Shown piece by piece: positions 25,221 through 38,585 of a DNA stretch of 64,000 bases. Within the stretch, counting starts at the first letter, position 1, and each line of letters starts with the position of its first letter. This stretch comes from Octopus bimaculoides (taxonomy: Eukaryota). The stretch covers positions 66,633,798 to 66,697,797 of the forward strand of contig NC_068983.1 in assembly GCF_001194135.2 (NCBI RefSeq). Direction: 5' to 3'. The notes beneath the pieces were generated by a model that made no database searches, was not told the DNA's origin, and saw nothing but the letters and a program-made list of their open reading frames with translations. Position numbers and translations under genes: made by a program.

Positions 25221-27479
25221 ATAAATGCATATATGTGCCAGAAGGAAAAGAGACACAACTGGGTAGAATGTTTAAGAGAAGATTTTATTTATATGTTAAC
25301 ATGTGTGTGCATCATATATACATAATAATAGACAGGTCGTCATGAGAACAAAGTGTGTGCATACAAACATGGATGTATGTGTGTGTGTGATAAGTACAGA
25401 ACATTGAAAGAGTCTATAATATGACGTTAGAAGACTGTTCAGCAACAAGGATGATAAATAAGTTTGTAGTCAATGTACACGAAAGTTGAAATGCTGTATC
25501 AAGAAGTTGTGACTGTAATGCAGAGCCTGTTGAAGAAGTTGTGGCTATGATGCTGCTGCCGGTCACTTGGTACAGGAAGTTCTTGCAGGTTGTATTTGCT
25601 GTTAACCATGGTGAAGTGATTCACAAACAGTGTTGTGTTGGAACCTGTGCAAGTGTTGCTGGTTGCTGTGTACATAGAGAGATGATGTTGACGATGTTAA
25701 GAAGATGATGGAGGTGATGAAGAAAGAGATTGTCGTATGCTGTTGGTCGAGTGTTGATGAGTCTCCATGTTGCTGCTGTTGTGTTGTCGCTGGAACTGGC
25801 TGTGTCCTGTGTAGTCAGTGATTAGACCTCAAAAGGTCTGGAACCGAAAGACCTTGACACGATGTGAGTGTTTGTGTGTCCCATTATATGTGCATGTTTA
25901 TGATTGCTTGTGTAAATATATTTCATTTTGTAGGTTTTCTTTTTCAAATATATTGATAAATTCTAATATAAACTATTTTACTTCCATGGTGTCTTTGCTT
26001 TATATAGACTCAGGTCCAATTGAAAATCTAATTATGTGCATAATTCTTTTTGATGTAATTCTGATATGTATGTCAGTTGAATATTAGTTAATCACTTATT
26101 ATTTTATTGGATGATATTTATACGATATTTACTTGTAATTAGATTAGTTTTGAGGCAAACATTCTAACATAGATTTATATAAAAAAGAACCTTGTGTTAT
26201 GTTCCAAACCTCATATTCATATATATCAATAAGCAAAAAGCTATTTTGCAATTATTTTATTATTCACTTGAATCGTATGCAGGTATAATTTAGTTAGAAG
26301 TATAGCAATGAAAGGGTTAAACAGATTTTACAATGAGAGGTTTTGGCTCATAAAAGCTCCCATAAGTATTCTGTCCTTAACTCCACTTACTCCTTTTCCT
26401 TCACATTGTAGACCTTAAGGTAACTAAAGAACAATATTAATGGGCAATTGCTAGTATACTATATTCTTCATAGTAGTTACTGCAGAAATTTATTTTGTCT
26501 TAACAGTTCTCAGAAGTCACAATAATCATATAGACTGTGTTTAGTTTTCATGATATCCTATTCTAGTGCAGTGGTAAAAAAACATAAGCACTGTCTCTTT
26601 TACAAATAATAAAAATTTATATAAATGTGAATAGCGACAAAAAGTTTAAAAAAAAGAACTAAGTTCATTAATGAAGTACATAATGTGACATTAGCATAGT
26701 ACAGTATATTGAAAGTTTATTAAAGTAGTATTTTACTTTGTAATAATGAGCTATTCAAAATTAGTGCTGTATAAATAATCAAGGTATCTGTTTAGGAGTT
26801 GAAAATTAGTTATTGATACTGATTTATATACTTATATATTACTAAAATATTAAAAATGGCTGATCATACCAACAATGCTTTTGCTGTTGGCATTATCAGC
26901 TTATTCTACAATAGTTTTATGGCTTGAAAAAAAAATTATAGCTAGCAGTCCTCATTGCTCATTAATGTTTGCATCTTCAGTTTCAACACCTATAAATCTC
27001 CAGAAATATAACTGATGAAATATTTGTTTATTGTACTAAGCAATAAAGGAAAAGGTGACATTAAAAATTGTGCTTTGTGACAAATATTACTCAATTATTT
27101 TTTGATATTTCTGTTAAAGTTCTTTCTATCTGTGTTCAAATTGTCACTACTTACTACAGATGTAAATGAATAATTTCATTACCAGTAAACAAACTTACTC
27201 TCCTTTAGTTTGTGATATGTTAGGTAAACCTCTGAATCACATGTTAATGTTGTTCAATTATTACATAGCATTTTAACCTGGTTAGTTTCCTGTATTGGAG
27301 TTTTATAACTTGCATTTCTGGGAAAATGCTGAGCTTGCAGTAAGTCACAGAAGATTTGGGTGTGATGTTAATTTTCCAAATACACCCTTATCTAGGAAGA
27401 CTTATGAAAGCCAACTATCACCAGTAACTGAAGTAGAAGAAATGGAGAAGCTAGTTTTGGTTAAATTTGCTCCCTGATT

Positions 27480-28170
27480 GTCTATAAAAAATTATACTTT
27501 CGGCCAAGGATGTTTTTCAATTTCTGTTTTATTTTAAAAAGAGGTAAAAAAGGAAGTTTCAGTCTCTCTTCCTCCCAAGAAGTTAGCCTACGAACCATAC
27601 AGCAAGACATATCCAGAGCACAACCACTTGCATCTTTTTTAGTGTTACTAAGTTTCTTTAGATATTCTTTGAAAGTGGTACACCATGTTTTCTTCATTCA
27701 GCCCTTTGGTGGTACCTGTTGAATAGCAATCTTGGGATTGTTTTCTTTAAAATCTTTTTGCACGACCTGCAAGTCTCACCCATCTTTCTGTCACAATCTC
27801 CAGTAGGCTGTGCAAATTGTCTCTTCTCAGGACTTCAGAGTTTCTGATTCTGTCCTTGTAGATGATCTTGAGAAGCCTGTGTGAGCACCATTACTGGAAT
27901 GCATTCAATCTCTGAGTGATCTTCGCAGTCATTTTCCAAGTTTCTCCTGCATAAATTGATGTTGGTAGGGCATTGCTCTGGTACAACAAGATCTTCATAT
28001 GATTGTTAATTGAAATACTGGCCCAGCTCTGATCATTCCTCAGAACACTACTGCTGCACACCTGATTCTGGGGTTGATTGACATTCACTTTAGTATCTCT
28101 TTCTGTAGCATTAATGCTGCCCAAGTAGTTGAAGTTAGTGAAATCTTCTAAAGGTCCTTGATTCACAAGA
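27480..28170 (-). mobile_element. RTE-type LINE RT C-terminal fragment
   Basis: LEDFTNFNYLGS...KILLYQSNALPTSIYAGETWKMTAKITQRLNAFQ (ORF 27891-28166), followed by KKTWCTTFKEYL. Confidence 0.8.
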
Positions 28171-29792
28171 AATGTTGTCTCTCTTTGCCACTGTCATGCA
28201 CTGCCTTGGTTTATATACCCCTTTCCTTCATGATAAGAAAAAAAATCTATGTTAATATGAAATGTACAGGTGAGATTGTTAGGAATAGTAAATTCAAACA
28301 TATACAACTTTTGGTAGAATGCTGTTTTCATTTTTGTAGTAAGTTACATTTTTAATGACATCAAAAATTACAAATTAAGTGTTGTTGAGAGAGGCTCCTA
28401 AGTATGCACAGCCACTTTTCTGAGCAAAGATGGACTCTAGAGTATGTCCCAAATAACAGAAAGTTACAGTGGATGAGAGATTCATGTATCAATCATGCAC
28501 ACATACACACACACACACACACGTATGTGTATGTATGTAAGTGGGTGGGCAATTAATGATTATTTCCATTACCTAAAATATTAAAAACATTCTTTTTATG
28601 TGAAAACAAATCAAATTCAAAGACTGTACAAATCTTATCAAACATAATAGTACATTTGCATTTGATAGTTTGATATCATAATCATATAACCATTGTGCAT
28701 ATTTTAGATGTGTGCAATTTTAAGTTTGGTACATTTGAATAATAATAAAAAATATTGTTATGCGTAAATTTCTTCTGTAAAATATTTTTTATACATAAAA
28801 ATGATGCTCGTTCAAGATGTTATTTGTGTAAGCTGTTTCATTTCACTGAATATTTCTTTAAAGTAATCTCAAACAAGTTGTCACTATTTCACACAAAAAG
28901 GCAATAACAGGAGCTTCTGTCAAATAGCCTTATCACTCTTGTCCAGGCTGAGAGGTTCTTTACAAAAGTTTCTCTTTATTCTATAAAAAAAATAGAAAAT
29001 TCCCTTTTGAAAGAGAAGAAACATTTCTATGATTCATTTTATAGATTCTTAAAATAATTTCAATTTGATGTAAGGAATTTATTTAAACCAAAGCAATAAT
29101 TGATTTCTTTTTGCAAGAATAGATTTGAGACACTGAAATAAATTACAATGAAAGGAAAACAAACTTGTAAGTGCAAAAGTCAAATAAAAGTCATATTGAT
29201 GTAATGGTATTAAGAAAATGAGAAGTGGAGAGAATGGTATATGTAACTAAAAGCATTGGTGGTGTAGTACAATGTACGCTAAGAGAAGTTAAGCTGAAAC
29301 ATGTCCTACAGAAAAAGAAAACAACAGAAAGAAATAAAATTTTTGTTATACATTTTATTGTAAGCAGGAGCAAGTCTGTGATTGAGAGAAAAGAATGGCT
29401 TAAACATCTTAGTCATTGCAATATTTAGAATATAGAATATTTCAAAATTTAGGAAGTAGCTCATTGCTATCTGAAAGTTTGAAGAAAAGTAAAATTAAAG
29501 TTGTAAAGAATGCAGTGGGGGCTAGGAAATGAAGTGAAAGAAATGTGTAGAAAGAAATATAAATATGATGATTAAAAAGTAAAAGGCAAATAATCATATG
29601 AATGTTTTGTTGACTATCACCATGATAATCCAGTCAAAGTATGCATTGCTATGAGAGAGAACTGAGAAGAAAAAAATGGATCTTTTCCCTTTGAATGGCA
29701 GATCGAGAAATTAATTTTTTTGTAACTAAACACTTTCAAACTTCGGACACTAGTAGAATGTGTCATATAAAACATCTTTTACTCTTAGTGTT

Positions 29793-30246
29793 ACTCTTTA
29801 CTCTCTTTTACTTGTTTCAGTCATTTGACTGTGGCCATGCTGGAGCACCACCTTTTAGTCAAGCAAATTGACCCCAGGACTTATTCTTTGTAAGCCTAGT
29901 ACTTATTCTGTTAGTAATTAGTCTCTTTTTGCCGAACCGCTAAGTTACGGGAACATNNNNNNNNNNNNNNNNNNNNNNNNNNNNNNNNNNNNNNNNNNNN
30001 NNNNNNNNNNNNNNNNNNNNNNNNNNNNNNNNNNNNNNNNNNNNNNNNNNNNNNNNNNNNNNNNNNNNNNNNNNNNNNNNNNNNNNNNNNNNNNNNNNNN
30101 NNNNNNNNNNNNNNNNNNNNNNNNNNNNNNNNNNNNNNNNNNNNNNNNNNNNNNNNNNNNNNNNNNNNNNNNNNNNNNNNNNNNNNNNNNNNNNNNNNNN
30201 NNNNNNNNNNNNNNNNNNNNNNNNNNNNNNNNNNNNNNNNNNNNNN

Positions 30247-30279
<33 letters not shown>

Positions 30280-30438
30280 TTTGACGGGCTTCTTTCAGTT
30301 TCCGTCTACCAAATCCACTCACAAGGCTTTAGTCGGCCCGAGGCTATAGTAGAAGACACTTGCCCAAGGTGCCATGCAGTGGGACTGAACCCAGAACCAT
30401 GTGGTTGGTAAGCAAGTCACTTACCACACAGCCACTCC
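29793..30438 (-). mobile_element. Full-length tRNA/CORE-type SINE with 6-bp TSD (contains assembly gap)
   Basis: Head (minus) ggagtggctgtgtggtaag...ggttctgggttcagtcccactgc..ggcaccttgggcaagtgtcttc; tail ...gactgaaacaagtaaaagagagtaaagagt. AGTGTT is duplicated at 29787-29792 and 30439-30444. Confidence 0.9.
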
Positions 30439-30798
30439 AGTGTTGTTGAGAAAAGTTTCTATTTTCAAAGTTATTTCGTGTTAAAGTTGTCCTATTTCGG
30501 TAATTTCACCCAATCAATGACGTGTATTCAGCTGAATAAAATTACTGCCATTGTTTGTCAACAACAACTTCTGGCGGTGTATATTTCGTTTGTCTCTGTT
30601 ATTTGTGACATATTTCATCTCAGGTATGTCTGTATGAATAAACAAGTGTATCTGAAGCATGTTTACTTCATGTCATCACCATAATCATTCGTGCATTTCT
30701 ACTGCTTTTAGTTCATTTTCCCTGTTTTTCTGCTATTATTTTCGGAAAGAATTTTTTGCCCCCTCCCCCTCCAATTTCTTCCGTTTTCACTTTTTCCG

Positions 30799-30926
30799 TA
30801 ACTCTAACCCTAAAACCCCAACCCTAACCCTAAAACCCCCAACCTTAACCCTAACCATAACCCTAAAACCTCAACCCTAACACTACTCCTAAAACCCTAA
30901 CCCTAACTCTAAAACCCTAACCCTAA
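30799..30926 (+). repeat. Degenerate interstitial telomere-like (CCCTAA)n tract
   Basis: About ten exact CCCTAA units interspersed with variants (CTCTAA, CCCTAAAA, CCTTAA, CCATAA). Confidence 0.85.
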
Positions 30927-33900
30927 TCCTCTAAAGCTAAAATCAGTACAAACGCATGAACGATGTCATAAATAACAGTGACAAACGAAATATACACCAC
31001 CGATAGTTGTTGTTGACAAACAATGGCAGTAATTTTATTCAGCTGAATACACATCATTGATTGGTTGAAATTACTGAAATACGACAACTTTAACACTAAA
31101 TAACTTTGAAAATAGAAACTTTTCTCAACAACACTAAGAGTAAAAAATGTTTTATATGACACATTCTACCAGTGTCCGAAGTTTGAAAGTGTTTAGCTAC
31201 AAAAAGTTAATTTCTCGATCTGCTATTCAAAGGGAAAAGATCTGAAAAAATTACTAGAAAATTCATTAACAATAATTTTAATGAGATAAGTTGTTGCCAT
31301 CCTTAATTATCTAACATTTCCTTGGCTATATTCACATGGTTTGAATGTGCTTCTTTTAACTGGCTCTAGCCATAAATTTGAGGGAATAAGATATTTGGTG
31401 ATCAGCTCATTAGTCTTGAGTTGAAATGCCCCTAAAAGTGTTCCTTTCGACAAGACACTAGATTGTTAAGAATAGGAATCAGATCTTGGAATGTTGCCTG
31501 GTGTAATATTCAGGATTTCCACTAAAATTCTTACATTATAATGCTAAGCCCCTATCCTTATGAGCACTTGGAATTGAGGCAGAAATTATGTCTTCATGAA
31601 ACCTGGTACATTATATTTTTATTAATTTCTTTTCCTTATTCCATTATAAATTTTTGACCATCTTTGACTATTCTCTAAAGCTGAACAAAGTTAATAGCAT
31701 TATTAAAATAAATATTGAAAGGAATCATTATTTAAACTCTAAATAAACTATTCAGTAAATAAATCAAAATAAGAAACAAAACACTTAAATGAGAAAATAG
31801 TATAAATTTTATTTTAAAATACGTCCCACTCTACAGTGCAGCATAACCAGAATTCTAAATTGCTTTTTGGCCATAACATCAATTTATGAAGAGATAAGAT
31901 TGTAGCTGTAGTAAGCATTTATGGAACTATAAACCCATGTGGAATACTGAGGTTCAGCAATCCCAAAATATTTGAGTAGCCCAAATAGCTTCAAAGTATT
32001 CATTCCTACTTATTCATTTTCATAAATTCTAATTGAAAGCAAATAAAGTTGTAGCATAGTTGCTGCAGTAGCAGTAGCTTATCTGCCTTCCATTTGCATA
32101 TGAATGGTTCTAGCAAAATAGAATAGATTTGACACACATATTAGTGAATATCATGAGAGAAAAATTGTTTTCTGAAATAATGTATTGACAAACAGCAGAT
32201 TAATGAAGCTGCTTAATTAAAGCATTCTTGTACTGGAAATATTATTGGTCATGTTCCTTGTAACTGACTTTTGAAATGCTTTCAGTTAAAATACTGGTTC
32301 AGCTTTTAGTTAGTTAATGGTATCTAAACATATGCATTTGTGAAGTTTTTGTGTCCTTACGATATGTTAAATGACATCAAGAGTTGCATAAAGAAATAAA
32401 ATAATGCTTATCTTTCAAAAGTAAAATATCCAACCCATGCCAGCATGGAAAATGGATACTAAATGATGATGATGACAATGCTATGGGTAACTGTAGTGGG
32501 CCACAAAGAAAGTAAATATGGTGGTGACAAGGTGTCAGAATATACTCTTACAGTAACATGTCCAAGAATGTGAATGGTAAAGAGCATGAGGACAGAAGAA
32601 TCAGAAAGTGTGGGTAAGGTTGCAAGAGTGTGAAGGGAGAATGAGAGATGGATATATAGAGATTAGTCACATGTTATAAGTAGGAATACCTACTCATTAT
32701 ATTCCATTTCTGGTGCCTTAGATAACATCACATATATGAGATAATGAAGTGCATGTGTGTTAGCACACATATGTATTGCTTACTCAGAGCTCACTGCTCA
32801 CACACTTAACACATGTGTCAAGCATGATGGAGGTAGTTTTAAATAATGCACTTTGTAGTAAGCTATCATTTATGATGATACCATAGAAAATGGATTTAAA
32901 CTATTTCGATGTTGATGACAAAGATTTGCTTTAAAACTGTTTAGTTAAAATCTGTAATTTTCTCATTATATTTTTAATTGGTAATTAAAAGCTTAATTGT
33001 TTTATTTGAAAAAATATATTTTGATAAAAATGATGCAGATGAATACTTTTAGGTCTTTCATTCTTCCGTTACATTTATTTATTGATCACAATAAACAAAT
33101 ATTTCATATTTTCTAGCACTCGTATATCAATTCATAGTGTTAGTCCTTCCTGTTAGTAATATTCTCAAAACAAACTGATAATAGATTTAAATGAAATATA
33201 TTCAATATATGAATATTAATTACACATTATTCCTAACTTTGATTTTTCTATGGTCTATTTCAGAAAGATTTTTAAATATTTTCCTACTGAAGCAAACTGA
33301 AATTTTCTTATATTTTTCTAATTATTTATTTGTTATTAACAGTTTAGCCATCTGATATGTGCTTGCATTTCAATATTATTTTGTGTTTGCTAATTTCTTT
33401 TAAATTAATCCAGAATTCTACTTAATTAAAACTTACTAAAATCCTACATAAATAAAAGCAACTAAAATCCTTCAGAACATTATTCTACAGTAAGGTTAAA
33501 AAAGTGTCATCCAACAACATTTTAATATACTTAATCAAAGTAATAAAATCTAAGCCAATAGTTTATTTAAAGATATATTATCATGAATAATCAGCAATCA
33601 GTTGCACAATGAAGATAAATAAGTTTTGATCAGGGCCTGACTTGATTACATGAATGATTACTGAAATGGATGACTAGATAGAGCAAGTTGAAACTGAAGT
33701 TTTTATTTTTTTACAGTTTAAAAATGAAGTGCAAGTTTCTCTTCATAATTAATTGACGACCAATTTTATCTCATATTTTTATACTATTTTTACAGTGTTG
33801 TGAATAATTTTAACAATAACAGCATATATTGGAACATTTACTTTACTGGTAGTTTGCCTTTGATCCATGAAGTATGAATGGTACTACTTTTCTACTATGT

Positions 33901-36289
33901 ATTTGTATAGTACTTTGTTAATGAGTATAATACAAAGACTGTTGAGAAATTCAAAATGATTGTCTGCTAATGAAATTAACAATTTTACCTCAGTATTAAA
34001 AAAACATAGTATTTAGTTATGATCTCATTTATGAACAGAGAAATCACAGTATTTACTAGAATTATTAGTTTTCTTTTTTTGTCTTTTTTTTTATCTACCA
34101 AGAAATAGATGCTTTACATGTACTAAAAAGTGCAAATATTTTGCATAAGCAAATGTCTTATAGAGCTAGCAGTACTTTCTCCTCCTTACAAGGGAAGAGA
34201 AACCTGTCTCTACACTACTGTAGACTTTCAGCAATTTTATAATTTTCCTTAATGAGTTACCAATTCAGTCTTATAGCAGTTCAAGAGAACAACTGAAAAC
34301 TAGAGTTCACCATTTTATGTGACTTATCAACAGATTTGGTTTGCAATAAAAACAGAAACTTTAATAAATCTCTAAAACTGTTGCTGCTTTCCATTTTCTT
34401 TACTGGAAAATTTGATGACCACTAATGTAAAAGGAGAATTTTAAAGGAAAGAATTAACAAAAAATTTCCTATTTCAAATTCTATTATCAAAAACAAAAAC
34501 AGCCATCTCTGCAATCACTGCAACCAGTACTAATACTACTACAATTACTACTTTGAGGAAGAACCATATAACAATTGCATTAATAAAGGCACTAGCTGAT
34601 AAATCTGCTGCTGTACATGAACAATAACTACTATTGCTTCAGCTTTGATGATAGTGATAGCAACAATAAAAGCAAATTTCTCCTCCTAGAATTGAGAACA
34701 GATTAAGTGAGGGAAAGAGAGAAAAAAAAAAAACTATACTATAAAACTGAGGAGTAATGTGAAAAATGTAGTAAAGGGGAACAACATGTGTTTGTTCTTG
34801 ATTTCTAATTATTGATCCCATTTTCAGCGCATTTCTGCTGGTCTCTTTGCTTGGTACTGTCATAACCTCATTGGGTGATGTTTGCTGCCACATCTACAAC
34901 CACTCTAGTGGAATGCTTTCTATTCATCATCATTGACATTGCAACCTCTATACACATCACAACTCCCAACCATTACTTCCTCCTCCACTTTCTTCTCTTT
35001 TCACTTTTATATCATTCTCTTTACTTTCCCTCTTTCTTTCTATTTTAAACAAGCTTAAATTGCTTTTATTATTTCTCAGTTGTTTGATGTTTTTCACTTT
35101 TTTCTTACCTTTTTCCTTTCTCATTTCCTTATTAACTAGTTCTCTCTCTTGTTGCAAATTTCATTTTATTTTTTACTTATTTCATCTTTTTTTTAATAAT
35201 TTTACATTACTTTTTATGTTATTTCATTAGTTTCCATTCTATCCTTCTCCATAAATTTAGTTCAATTAGTTTTCTCTCTCTCGTGGCATCCCATTTCTTT
35301 CTTACCTTTTAGATTTGGCATCTAAGCTTCAATGTATTTAAATCAATTATATTTGTTAGTCTGATGTTTTGCAATGAAATAATTAACATTTCATGTTTAA
35401 GCAATCAAATTCATTAGCTTATTCTTTATTTCTTTGTTGTATTATATATTGAAAATTATTCACCCAAAAGTATAAAGCTGCATTCTATTCTTGATAAATA
35501 GTTATTATTTGTTATATACACTAGCATTTGCCTTTTTCTAACTATAATTATTCGAGTTTTTTGGGGTTTTTTTTTAACATCAGTTTCATTTTCGTTCTGA
35601 TTTTAACTTTCCCTCTTGCTTCTTTAACTAATGTTTTGTTTATTATTTAATCAGAGGAAGTTTTTTTCTTGTCATTGCATGAAGAATCAGTTAATTTTTA
35701 GCTAACTGTATTACAGATGTGGAACCCTACTGCATTTACATTTTGAGTGCAGAACATTCCTCTCAGTTATTTTCCCCTCAACATTCCCTTTATTTTTACA
35801 TACATTGATCACTTTTTGCCTTGGTGATTGAGTTTTGCCAGTTGACTTAAAGGCCAGATGCACATCAAATGCTACATATTCTATATTTTTGAAATATTTA
35901 AACTGATTTTTATCCTCTATGCTTGTTGGTTTTTTAAACACTCTTAAAAGGAATAATTGTGTTCTAATTGCATGGATAGTCTCAGTTAGTCACAGTTTTC
36001 CTATACACTATTACAAATGTGATATCCTCCTACATTTAGTTTTAATTATGCTGCCATACATCATTATGAACAGGTATTCATCCATTTCACTAACCTCATC
36101 TACCTCCTGTCCAGAAAGCAATTATTCGACTATCATCGTCTCAACTATTAAGCATTTTTTTCTCTATTGTATATTTGGAATAACATGCCTCATCTGTTAT
36201 TATCATTGTCATCATTATCATCATCATCATCGTCGTAGCAAAAATGACTCACTCACAATGCTTACAGCCATACATTCATTCATACATAT

Positions 36290-36340
<51 letters not shown>

Positions 36341-37249
36341 ATGTATTAATTATTTAAAATAATACATGTTTACTTCTGGTAACTCATAAACAATAGTATA
36401 CAATTGCCAACCAAAGTTAGCTACACCATACCTACACATATGTGCCCCAATGAATTTCTTTCTTCATAACTTTCAGCAAAGGGATGTTTTCTAATGAAAT
36501 TTTCTACAGATATACTTCAGATGGTATAGATTCTGATAATATTGGAATTTGTTGTAAAATAAATTTTCCCCACCAAAATGTGATGTGTGTCGGTATGTAT
36601 GTATGCTATTCCACCAGTTTTTATTTTCATATAAAATTCCAATATAATCATACTTTGTACACTCTGAAAATTATTTGTTGTAATTTTCATTTACAAATAC
36701 CCATTTTTTGGGAGACAGGTGGGTGTTGTGAGATTTAGGTATTAATCAAGTTTTGTTACAAGCTGATTATATGCATTTACTTTTTATGCAGCTATTCATT
36801 TGGAAGTGTATATCCTCTGATATTTTGTGGTGATTAATGCATATCCAGTATGTTTGTGTTTTTTGTCATTACTTTTAGTTATATTCAAGCATCATTTAAA
36901 TAGATTTTTTGATACTTCTGGCACTGTTGGATTGAATGTTATGTGGGATGGCTGGTGTAATTGTAGTTAGTATTTTATTTTATGTTTAATTAACATTATT
37001 GTAATATCTGATCTTTTTTCATTTCTACTTTATAGTCATTAATAGATTGGTTTAATAAGTACTAGTTAAGTGTATGCATATTTCATTTTATTTAAATCTT
37101 GTATAGAATAGAAAGTTCTATGTTCCAGTTCTTTTGGGATAATTATATACACTGGATTGTGTTTGTGTGTGTGTGTGTACATACATATATAAGTGTTTGT
37201 ATGTACACACAAACATATACACACCCATACATATATATATACATATATA

Positions 37250-37395
37250 CGAAGGTCTTCTTTCAGTTTCCGTCTACCAAACCCACTCACAAGGCTATAG
37301 TAGAAGACACTTGCCCAAGGTGCCATGCAGTGGGACTGAACCCAGAACCGTGTGGTTGGTAAGCAAGCTACTTACCACACAGCCACTCCTGCACC
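37250..37395 (-). mobile_element. SINE 5' part (same family)
   Basis: tctttcagtttccgtctaccaaacccactcacaaggctatagtagaagacacttgcccaaggtgcc...gccactcctgcacc. Confidence 0.88.
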
Positions 37396-38561
37396 TATGA
37401 CAGTTATGTGAAGAATAACAAGTCTCTCACTGCAGTTCAACATGAGTTTTGGCACCACTTCAACATTCACTGAAATCAGGCTATTCCCACCTGTAACACA
37501 ATCTTACATTCGGTGAATGCATTTCATACACAAAGTACACTAATGAATAGGAGTCCGGTGGGGGCACCTCATATGGTATGGATCCTGGAAAATGTGGAAC
37601 ATGTCAGACAAGCTTTGATACGGAGTCTGAATCGCTCTGCTTGTAGGCATTCTACTGCGCTTGGCATCAGTAATCAATTGGTAAGGTGTATTTTGCATGA
37701 TGACCTACATTTCCACCTGTACAAATAGGTCATTGGGTAACAGTTGAGATCATGGGACTATGTAGAATAGCTTAACACGTCAGATGGAAGCAATTTTTGA
37801 GGCAAATGACAACCTTATTTTGTTAATGTGTGATGAAGCTCATTTTTATCTCAATGGCATGGTGAATCAACTGAACTATTGTTATTGGGTTCTTGAAAAC
37901 CTGAAAGAACTGCATGAAGAACCACTAGACAGCCCAAAAGTGATAGTCTGGTGTACTGTTGGAAAAGCTGCCATCATTTGTCCTTACTTTTTTGAAGACG
38001 ATAATGGAAATGCTGTCACTGTGACCTCTTGTCCAAGGTTCCACGATAAACAACTTCTTTGTGCCTGAATTATGATGAAAATGTATGCATATTGATGTGT
38101 GTGGTTTCAGCAGGTTGGGGTGACAGCCTACACACCCAGAGCATCAATGGACGTTCTTCGACCTCTCTTCAGTGACTGCCACATTTCCAGGTTTGCTGAC
38201 ATTCCTTGGCCTCTTTGGTCCCCTGATTTGTCCATATGTGATTATTCCTTGTGTGGAAACCTCAAGACACATGTATGTGCACACAAGCCCCATACATTGG
38301 ATAATTTGAAGGAAGATATTCACGTAGAAGTCATCCAAATCAAGAAAGCAATGCTGGAGAGAGTGGAAGTCAACTTCCGAGAATGCCTTCAGAAACGTAT
38401 TAATGAAAACGGACACGACATGATAAATGTTGTTTTGCCCACTTAATTTTGACAAATGTTAATTCAATATGAACACATTGAAGCCAATAAAATTTGTTTG
38501 TAGCTAAAATTAATGATTTTGTAAATTTTTCAAACACATTCGTCCTCTGTGCCCCACCCTG
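37396..38561 (+). mobile_element. rosa/DD41D Tc1-mariner transposon remnant with right TIR
   Basis: YVKNNKSLTAVQHEFWHHFNI; LMCDEAHFYLNGMVN (first D); WFQQ[V]G...WPLWSPDLSICD with 41 residues between the second (mutated to V) and third D. Ends ...gccccaccctg + TA at 38562. Confidence 0.88.
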
Positions 38562-38585
38562 TACACACACACACACACATATATA

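Larger units (their letters stand above)
29680..31242. mobile_element. Foldback/MITE-like DNA element with ~280-bp TIRs (left TIR interrupted by a SINE)
   Basis: Left TIR 29680-29792 + 30445-30611 (gatcttttccctttgaatggcagatcgagaaa...) is the reverse complement of right TIR 30963-31242 (...tttctcgatctgctattcaaagggaaaagatc). 351-bp non-coding interior. Confidence 0.88.

Noticed and set aside
1102-30322. Long ORFs spanning N gaps, and poly-dipeptide ORFs (YI, HT, CV, LS, ER) in the ORF track
   Set aside because: Artefacts of assembly gaps and microsatellites; no domain motifs or splice support.
30799-30926. True telomere or telomere-fusion site
   Set aside because: Short, degenerate, single orientation and enclosed within transposon TIRs.
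32483-32517. ATG GGT AAC (MGNCSGPQRK) with a possible phase-2 GT donor, as sif exon 1
   Set aside because: Sits right after a retroelement (GAT)n tail, is far shorter than and unlike the expected MGNK...DGHLLR, and would give Lys rather than Arg at the junction.
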